NCBI GenBank assembly: GCA_965248435.1
Contig: OZ252100.1
Coordinates: forward strand, 4,000,001 to 4,064,000
From: Candidatus Latescibacterota bacterium
GTDB taxonomy: Bacteria > Latescibacterota > UBA2968 > GCA-2709665
Direction of reading: 5' to 3'
DNA: 64,000 bases
Under the pieces are notes generated by a model, which saw nothing but the letters and a program-made list of their open reading frames with translations, searched no databases and was not told the DNA's origin. Positions 57,279-64,000 of this stretch are shown in pieces. The stretch's first letter is position 1; every line of letters starts with the position of its first letter. The translations under genes were made by a program, and so were the position numbers.

Positions 57279-57290
57279 AAGGTGAGGAAT

Positions 57291-58691
57291 ATGTCAGCGA
57301 AACAGATCCTGGTTGTGGATGATGATCCCCTGTTCCGTGATTTTCTGAGAGAGGCCCTCGCTTGGAGATCACATACGGTGGATGTGGTTGAAAGCGGTGA
57401 GGAAGCCCTTCGCCAGATGAAGGAAGTGGACTACGATCTCGTGCTTACGGACATCCGTATGCCGGGCATGAATGGGATCCAGGTGCTCGAAAAGGCCGGG
57501 AACCTGCAGCCTGATGCGAAGGTCGTTATGGTCACGGCCCACGCGACGGTGGCGAATGCCGTAGAGGCCATGCACAAGGGGGCGTTCGACTACATCGAGA
57601 AGGGGTGCTCGCTGGAGGAGATCGAGATCCGCGTGGACCGGGCGCTCGAAAACCAGCAGCTCAAGCAGGAGAACGTGCGACTTCGATCCGAGCTTCAAGA
57701 ACGCTACAGCTTCGGGAACATGGTGGGTAAGAGCCAGAAGATGGAGGATGTGTTCGAGCTGATCCAGATCGTATCCAAGAGCCGCTCGACCGTTCTGATC
57801 ACGGGCGAGAGTGGGACGGGAAAAGAACTCGTCGCGCGCGCGATCCATTACAGCAGCCCTCGACGGAACGGACCCTTCATCAAGCTCAACTGCGCCGCGC
57901 TGCCTCAGGACTTGATCGAGAGCGAACTGTTCGGTCACGAGAAGGGCGCATTTACGGGCGCTGTGAAACAGACGAAGGGACGGTTCGAGCTGGCGGACGG
58001 CGGCACGCTCCTGCTGGATGAAGTGAGCGAGATCAAGCCGCCGCTGCAGGCCAAGTTGCTCAGAGTGCTACAGGAAAGGGAATTCGAACGCGTAGGGAGC
58101 GGGACGCCGATGCAGGTCGACGTTCGAATCGTCGCCACGACGAACCGAAATCTCCGTGAGTGGATCGACCAGGGGGCATTCCGGGAGGACCTTTACTATC
58201 GTCTGAACGTCATCCCCCTCGGTCTGGCTTCGCTGCGCGAACGGAAAGACGACATTCCCCACCTCGTCAACCACTTCCTGGATAAATACAACAAAGAAAA
58301 CGAAAAGAACATTCTGGGTGTCACCGACGGGGGTATGGAGCGTCTAATGGCCTACGACTGGCCGGGAAACATCCGAGAATTGGAGAACTATATCGAGCGG
58401 GCCGTCGTGATCTGTCAGCAAGACCAGATCGGAGACGAACAGCTGCCGCTGGACGAACTGAACGGCAGATCGCAGGCGAAGCGAATCGAGGAAGGCCTGC
58501 AGGTGGGCTGGAGCGTTCGGGATATGGAGAAAAAATTGATTCTTAAGACGCTGGAGGCGTGCACGGGGAACCGGACTACCGCGGCGGACATGCTGGGGAT
58601 CAGTTCCAGGACCCTGCGAAACAAGCTTCACGAATACGGAATGGCCGGCGTCTTCCGGGGGGGCATCAGCCTGGAAGATGTAGCTCAATAG
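57291..58691 (+). CDS. Sigma-54-dependent response regulator (FlgR/FleR-like NtrC family)
   Basis: Receiver, GESGTGKE, GAFTGA, WPGNIREL, Fis HTH GISSRTLRNKL. Confidence 0.95.
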   Translation: MSAKQILVVDDDPLFRDFLREALAWRSHTVDVVESGEEALRQMKEVDYDLVLTDIRMPGMNGIQVLEKAGNLQPDAKVVMVTAHATVANAVEAMHKGAFDYIEKGCSLEEIEIRVDRALENQQLKQENVRLRSELQERYSFGNMVGKSQKMEDVFELIQIVSKSRSTVLITGESGTGKELVARAIHYSSPRRNGPFIKLNCAALPQDLIESELFGHEKGAFTGAVKQTKGRFELADGGTLLLDEVSEIKPPLQAKLLRVLQEREFERVGSGTPMQVDVRIVATTNRNLREWIDQGAFREDLYYRLNVIPLGLASLRERKDDIPHLVNHFLDKYNKENEKNILGVTDGGMERLMAYDWPGNIRELENYIERAVVICQQDQIGDEQLPLDELNGRSQAKRIEEGLQVGWSVRDMEKKLILKTLEACTGNRTTAADMLGISSRTLRNKLHEYGMAGVFRGGISLEDVAQ

Positions 58692-58710
58692 AAGGCGAAA
58701 TGTTTTGCGA

Positions 58711-58744
58711 AAAGGGGGACACCAGAAGGTGTCCCCCTTTTTTT
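58711..58744. terminator. Bidirectional intrinsic terminator
   Basis: AAAGGGGGACACC-AGAA-GGTGTCCCCCTTT followed by TTTT. Confidence 0.88.
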
Positions 58745-58899
58745 ATATCACGGAAACTATGGGAGAATCGGCGAAGACACGGAAAGATTCGAGCGAGGTG
58801 CAAAGACTGTGAGATAGCGCTGGATCAGAAAGAGACCTTAAGCCGCGCGGAGGGCCACGGCACGGAGAAAAACAAAATGGATCGGGTACATGGAAACGT

Positions 58900-58921
58900 G
58901 TAGGGGCATGCCGTGCCCTAC
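58900..58921. repeat. GTAG...CTAC REP-like palindrome
   Basis: GTAGGGGCATGCCGTGCCCTAC. Confidence 0.65.
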
Positions 58922-58943
58922 GGCTATCTTTCGTTGCGAATTC

Positions 58944-61900
58944 TTAAGCCATGGATCGCGAAAAGGCAGCGGAGGTGATGCGGCGAAGGGCGATCCGGAG
59001 ATCATCGACGTAGGTGTAGAACAGGGGTACGACGAACAGGGTGAAGCAGGCCGAGGTGAAGAGCCCGCCTATCATGGCCCTTCCCATGGGTGAATATGGG
59101 ATTCCGATCATCGTGCTCGCGCCGATGGCCATGGGCATCAGCCCGAAGATGGTCGTGAAGGTGGTCATGAGGATGGGGCGGAATCGGTTCGCGGCCGCTT
59201 CCATGAGCGCTTCGTCCCGGCCCAACCCGTCGGCACGGAGGCGATTGACCCTGTCCACGAGCACGATGGCGTTGTTGACGACGACCCCGATGAGCATGAT
59301 CAGACCGATCTGAGCCATGATGTCCATCGCGGTGTTGGTGAGGTAGAGGGTCCAGTAGACACCCAGGAAGGCGAAGGGGATGGAGAAGATGACGACGAAG
59401 GGCAGGAGAAGGGATTCGAACAACACGCCCATCAGGAGGAAGACACAGGTGATGGCCATGAACGATGCAAAGCTCATGGTGTTCTGAGATTCGATGAACT
59501 TCGAGTAGCGCTCTCCCTTGTCCCATTGGTAGCCGCGCTGCATCTTGAACCCTTCCATCGCCTGGTCTATTTCTTCGTAGAGTCCTTCCAGGTCTTCCTT
59601 TGTCGTAAAGACCCTCAGACGGTAACGCATCTTTCCGTTATCCCGGAAAATGCCTCCGGTTCCCTTGGCTACGTTGAACGAGGCGAAGGCCGACAAGGGC
59701 ACCGCTTCGCCCGTTCTAGATGGAAAGGTAAAGTTCCTGAGCTGCTTGAGCGTCTGCCTGTCCGCACTGTTCAAGTAGAGTCGGACTTCGAGCTCCCGTT
59801 CTCCGGATTGGAAGCGCGGGAGGCTGATTCCTCCGAGTTGGTAGAAGAGGCTGCGCCCGACCAGGCGTGATGAGATTCCATATTTTTCGATTCGTTCTCG
59901 GTCGATCCGAACCTGAATCTCACGATCAGCGCGCTCCTTGTCGTCATCGACGTTGATGACAGACGGGATTTCTCGCAGGCGCCGGAGCGCATCGTCTGCA
60001 TACTTGCGGAGCACCTCGAGATCCTCCCCGTACAGGAAGACTGATGTCTGGGGCGCCTTGGAACTCTCCCTGGATTTGATCGCCACATCGAACCCCACGA
60101 GGCGGGGGATGTTTTTCTCCAGATCTTCCATCACGGCATCGCGATCCATTCCTTTGTCCACCGGGGAGCCCACGGCATTTCGAATCCCCCGGTAGACCTG
60201 ATACCACCACTGCGTATTCGGATTCTCCTTAAGAAAGATCTGAAAGTCGATGTTTCCGGGCCTCGAATAGGTGTTCCGGATCGTCCGAATATTGTAGATC
60301 TCGCGGTGCGATTCGAGGAAGTCCTCTATCTTGACCGCCAGATCCCCCAACTCTCTCAACGAGAAGAAGGGTGGCCCGTTGTAAGCGATCCTCACATCGT
60401 TCAGGTTTCCGCGCCTGTCGTCCGTTTTCTTCATGTTTTCGAACGGGTAGAGGGTTGTTGCAAAAATCGCGAGCGCGATGAGGAGGGTATCCCTCTTGTG
60501 ATGAAGGGTCCAGCTCAGGGTCTGAGCGTATCGCTTCCGGATCCAGCCGATGGCTTTGGGCTCGGCTTTGACCCCGCTGTCTCCGAACCGCTCTGCGGCC
60601 AGAGGAATGAAGATCAAGGCAACGAACAGCGAGCCGAGCAGGGCGATCACAACCGGGATTCCGATTCTGGCGAGGTAGAACGAGAGGTCCACGTCGCCGC
60701 TCATCACGATGAGGGGCAGGAAGACGACGATGGTTGTCAGAGTGGCCATGGTGATGGCCAGACCGACTTCGCTCGCCCCGTAGATCGAGGCGCGCCGTGG
60801 CGATTCCCCATTCGCGCGCAGCCGATAGATGTTCTCGACGATCACGATAGCGTTGTCCACGACCATCCCTATGGCCACCATCAATCCCATCATGGTCATC
60901 AGGTTCAGGGTCCATCCGATGAAGTAGAGCACCGTGATCGAAATCATGATACAGAGCGGGATGGCGAGCGTGATGAGCGCGGTCATCCGAACGGCCCGAA
61001 GAAAAAAGAACAGGACCAGCGCAGCAAAAAGGCCACCCCAGAGCCCTGTTTCCTGAAGGCTCTCCATAGATTCGCGAATGAGCTTGCCTTGATCGAAAAA
61101 GGCGTCGAAACGGAAACCGGTGTCGCCCTCGATCCGCTGAAGCTCGGCGTGGATGCGGTTACGAATCTCCACGATGTTGGCGTCGGACTCCCGGAGGATG
61201 CCGAGCGAAACTGCCCGGCGGCCGTCTATGCGCTGGCGCCAGGCCCGTGCCGGGAAACCGAGTTCTATATCGGCGACGTCCTTGAGCCTTACGTCTCCGT
61301 TTTGCGTAGAGACCGGGACCTTTTCCACCTCCCGGAGGCTTCGATAGCGCGCCACAGATCTGACGTAAAACCGTTTTTGCCCCTCTTCCAGGAATCCTCC
61401 GCCCAGAGAGAAGTTGTCCCCCTCGAGCCCCTGGACCAACTCGTAGGCGCTGACCCCGAGCGACTGAAGCCGCTCCTGGTCGATGACGATGAAGACTTCC
61501 TTTGGCTCGGAGCCCCATATCCTGACCCTGGCGACACCCTCGATCCGCTCGAGCGGTCGCATCACGTGCGTTTCCAACGTGTAATGCGGGTCTTCCAGGT
61601 CGGACGGTACGGAGACGCCGACCCAGAGGATTTCGTCGTCTAACTCCGGGTTGTATTTCCAGATTCGGACGTTGTCTCTGACCTCTTCAGGAAGCTCCAG
61701 CTTGGCGCGTTCCACCCTGTCGGCGACCTGGTTGTAGGCGAGTGAAAGGTCGGCATCCCGGCGGAAGTCCAGACGGATCCAGGACCCCCACCGGACGTTG
61801 TTGTGGGTCCGGATCCTCTTCAGGCCCTTAACGGTCCGAAGGCGCGCCTCCAGGGGCCGGCAGATCTGCTGATCCCGCTCCCGCGGAGAGGAATTAGGTT

Positions 61901-62069
61901 CTTGCACGCCAACCCAAAAGGACCTGAACTCTCTGCCTGAAGGGAGGGCCTGTACGCCAAGACGTGTGTAGGCGATCGTTCCGACCGCGAGCAGGGCCAC
62001 CAGGCACATGGTGACGGTGACCGGGCGGTTCACGGAGATACGGGCCAGAAGGTTAGTTTTATCGCTCAT
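58944..62069 (-). CDS. RND efflux transporter permease (AcrB/AcrD/AcrF family)
   Basis: 1041 aa; SVNRPV, GMVVDNAIVIVENI, GVVVNNAIVLVD, RFRPILMTT. Confidence 0.93.
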   Translation of the reverse strand: MSDKTNLLARISVNRPVTVTMCLVALLAVGTIAYTRLGVQALPSGREFRSFWVGVQEPNSSPRERDQQICRPLEARLRTVKGLKRIRTHNNVRWGSWIRLDFRRDADLSLAYNQVADRVERAKLELPEEVRDNVRIWKYNPELDDEILWVGVSVPSDLEDPHYTLETHVMRPLERIEGVARVRIWGSEPKEVFIVIDQERLQSLGVSAYELVQGLEGDNFSLGGGFLEEGQKRFYVRSVARYRSLREVEKVPVSTQNGDVRLKDVADIELGFPARAWRQRIDGRRAVSLGILRESDANIVEIRNRIHAELQRIEGDTGFRFDAFFDQGKLIRESMESLQETGLWGGLFAALVLFFFLRAVRMTALITLAIPLCIMISITVLYFIGWTLNLMTMMGLMVAIGMVVDNAIVIVENIYRLRANGESPRRASIYGASEVGLAITMATLTTIVVFLPLIVMSGDVDLSFYLARIGIPVVIALLGSLFVALIFIPLAAERFGDSGVKAEPKAIGWIRKRYAQTLSWTLHHKRDTLLIALAIFATTLYPFENMKKTDDRRGNLNDVRIAYNGPPFFSLRELGDLAVKIEDFLESHREIYNIRTIRNTYSRPGNIDFQIFLKENPNTQWWYQVYRGIRNAVGSPVDKGMDRDAVMEDLEKNIPRLVGFDVAIKSRESSKAPQTSVFLYGEDLEVLRKYADDALRRLREIPSVINVDDDKERADREIQVRIDRERIEKYGISSRLVGRSLFYQLGGISLPRFQSGERELEVRLYLNSADRQTLKQLRNFTFPSRTGEAVPLSAFASFNVAKGTGGIFRDNGKMRYRLRVFTTKEDLEGLYEEIDQAMEGFKMQRGYQWDKGERYSKFIESQNTMSFASFMAITCVFLLMGVLFESLLLPFVVIFSIPFAFLGVYWTLYLTNTAMDIMAQIGLIMLIGVVVNNAIVLVDRVNRLRADGLGRDEALMEAAANRFRPILMTTFTTIFGLMPMAIGASTMIGIPYSPMGRAMIGGLFTSACFTLFVVPLFYTYVDDLRIALRRITSAAFSRSMA

Positions 62070-62154
62070 TCAGTCTTTACGTTCTTGATGTGGGGCTGCG
62101 CTCGTTGTCGACCCATCACCTTTCTGAAAATCATTGCTAAAAGATACTCAAAAT

Positions 62155-62722
62155 ATTGCGGATTGGGGATTGCGGAATGAAAGGCGGGACCGGTAGATCA
62201 CGAAAGGTACTAAGGTGCACGAAAAGGAACGGAGGCTGGATCACGGAGGCCAGGCGGAGAATCGGCAAATCCACGGAGAAAGTCGAGCGAGGTGGTGAAG
62301 ACGAGATACGGCGCTGGACGGGGAAGGAGGTTGCGGGGCGCGGAGGGCACGGAATGTATAAACAAAGCGAGAGGTTCCCCCTTTGAAAAAGGGGGGTAGG
62401 GGGGATTTGAATTTCGCGAAGAGCACGTGGCCAGCGAATCAGGTTTGCTGGATCGAGGATCTAAAAACGCGTAGGGGCACGGGCTGTCCCCTGCGGAAAC
62501 GCATCCCGCAACAAGATTGCAGTAGGCCTGCCCCGGGCTTGACCCGGGGGGCAACCCTCCGTGGTTGCCCGTCTCACGCGCGGGAATGAATTCCCGCGCT
62601 GGGAACAAAAAAAAGTCCGCCTGCGGCGGACTCGGGAGATGTCAGCGCTTGTGTGGGGTGGACATTCCCACAGGGCCTTCGTGTTTTCTATGCGGGCAGG
62701 CACGGGGGCCTGCCCCTACGGT
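62155..62722. repeat. Cluster of unrelated palindromic and tandem mini-repeats
   Basis: TTGCGGA run, CACGAAA/CACGGAG units, CCCCCTTTGAAAAAGGGGG, CCCCGGGCTTGACCCGGGG, GCGCGGGAATGAATTCCCGCGC, GGGCAGGCACGGGGGCCTGCCCCTAC. Confidence 0.8.
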
Positions 62723-62741
62723 TAGGGATAGGGCGACAGAT

Positions 62742-63638
62742 TTACTTCGCGACGGTTACACGCTCAAGACCCAGTGCCGCGAGGCGCTCAGCCAGCTCGC
62801 GTTTCCTTTCGGGCGGCAGCGCGTAGATCGGGGGACGCGGGTCGCCGCAGTCGATGCCGAGACGTTCGCTGAGGACGGCCTTGGTCCCGGCCTGGGTTTC
62901 GTATTCGCGGACGAGGAGGGCGAATTCGATGGCCCTGTCCTGGGCCGCTTCGGCGCGCGCCAGGTCTCCTTCATTGTAGGCGTTCAGGATCTCGATCCAG
63001 AGTTCAGGGGCGGCATTGGGCGGTCCGTCCACGCAGCCTGTGGCCCCGAGCGTGAGGGCGGGGAGCAGGAGAGAACTGTTCCCGATCAGACAGGAGAGGC
63101 CCATCTTGGTGTAGTCCCGCACGTAGGACATCAACGGCGCCGAGTGCTTCAGGCCGACGAGCTGAGGGACGCGGTCCTGGATCTTCTTCATCAAGTCGGG
63201 GACGATCTCGATCTGGGTGAACTGCGGCAGGTTGTAGACGAGGAAGGGCAGGTCGGCCGCAGCCGCGACCGCGCGATAGTGCTCCACGACCGCATCATCG
63301 CCGTGTCGGTAGAGGAAGGGGGGAAGGCAGCAGATGGCCTCCACGCCGGCCCTCGCGGCGTTTTCGGCCATAGCGGCCGCGCCGGGCGTGGACGCCGCGC
63401 CGACGTGCATGATGTTCGTGACCCTTCCTTTGGACTGATCGGCGGCGATCTCCGCGATTCTCCCGTTCTCTTCGTCTGTCAGAAGGATGCTCTCTCCGGT
63501 ACCGCCGGCGATCCAGAAGCCGTGCACCCCGGCCTGGATGTTGAACTCCATCACTTCCCGGAACGCGGATTCATTCAGGCTCCCGTCTGCCGTCATCGGG
63601 GTGACGATTGCCGGAAACAGGCCTCGGAACTCTGCCAT
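62742..63638 (-). CDS. DHDPS / N-acetylneuraminate lyase family protein
   Basis: PAIVTP, GGTGES, VYNLP, Schiff-base Lys in VGLKHS. Confidence 0.92.
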   Translation of the reverse strand: MAEFRGLFPAIVTPMTADGSLNESAFREVMEFNIQAGVHGFWIAGGTGESILLTDEENGRIAEIAADQSKGRVTNIMHVGAASTPGAAAMAENAARAGVEAICCLPPFLYRHGDDAVVEHYRAVAAAADLPFLVYNLPQFTQIEIVPDLMKKIQDRVPQLVGLKHSAPLMSYVRDYTKMGLSCLIGNSSLLLPALTLGATGCVDGPPNAAPELWIEILNAYNEGDLARAEAAQDRAIEFALLVREYETQAGTKAVLSERLGIDCGDPRPPIYALPPERKRELAERLAALGLERVTVAK

Positions 63639-63676
63639 GCATTGCCTCGCTTTCTCGTGGTAAGAAAGTCGTCAGA

Positions 63677-64000
63677 TTATTCTTCTTCGAGCAGCCTTTG
63701 GAGCGTTCCACCAAAGATGTTGTTCAGGTCTGACTGCGATAGGTTGAGCTCTTTCGAGAGGCAGAGTTCGCGCTCGAACATTTCCTCGGTCTGAGGCTCG
63801 CGGTTGGGAAAGTCGGTCCCGAAGATGAGCTTGTCCTTCAAGAGGGGGCGAGATCCGTTCAGGAAGGTCCCCGCGCATTTCGTGGTGAGCGCGTGGTTGA
63901 GCATACCCGCGGGATGGCTGGAGAAAGAGGTAAGTCCGGCAAAGACCTTCGGGTTGTTTTTCACGACGGCCACCGCTTCGTGTACGAAGTCGAATCCCCC
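63677..64000 (-). CDS. Amidohydrolase family protein, C-terminal part (truncated by window edge)
   Basis: Frame open to window end; GGFDFVHEA..., KLIFGTDFP, IFGGTLQRLL. Confidence 0.7.
   Translation of the reverse strand, partial: GGFDFVHEAVAVVKNNPKVFAGLTSFSSHPAGMLNHALTTKCAGTFLNGSRPLLKDKLIFGTDFPNREPQTEEMFERELCLSKELNLSQSDLNNIFGGTLQRLLEEE

Noticed and set aside
60306-61643. 445-aa plus-strand ORF and similar long antisense ORFs (26410-27426, 28352-29278, 41133-42095, 1656-2864)
   Set aside because: Shadow ORFs opposite well-supported genes, expected at high GC.
62565-63794. 409-aa plus-strand ORF
   Set aside because: Antisense shadow of the DHDPS-family gene that starts in a repeat cluster.

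Overview
GC-rich bacterial chromosomal window with about 52 CDS. I saw no rRNA, tRNA, CRISPR array, transposase or phage gene. The gene repertoire (DUF6785-like paralogues, sulfatase, long SecA) suggests an FCB/PVC-type lineage such as Latescibacterota or Poribacteria; this is inference only. Layout: (1) three tandem DUF6785-like membrane proteins, then a sulfatase and two beta-propeller glycosidase-like genes; (2) 2-hydroxyacid dehydrogenase, stand-alone AICAR transformylase, MerR regulator, sigma-70 factor; (3) amt plus two TorF-like porins; (4) ECF sigma, zinc anti-sigma and an HtrA-like protein whose catalytic triad is replaced; (5) acs, queC; (6) a long minus-strand run: S55 peptidase, propeller protein, ribD-ribE-ribBA-nusB, phosphoesterase, secA, rhodanese, CIRCE, groES-groEL; (7) rlmH, metabolic genes, a partial nucleoside-type ABC transporter, pepA, epmA; (8) a FlgS/FlgR-like sigma-54 module, RND permease, DHDPS-family lyase. 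Best novelty candidates: two ORF-free minus-strand units with near-consensus sigma-70 promoters and terminators (about 340 nt at 40559-40901 and about 105 nt at 14369-14475), the ECF/anti-sigma/pseudoprotease module, the mosaic DUF6785 array, and several families of intergenic mini-repeats that bracket gene blocks and enter coding sequences. All family assignments are from motif recognition, not database searches.
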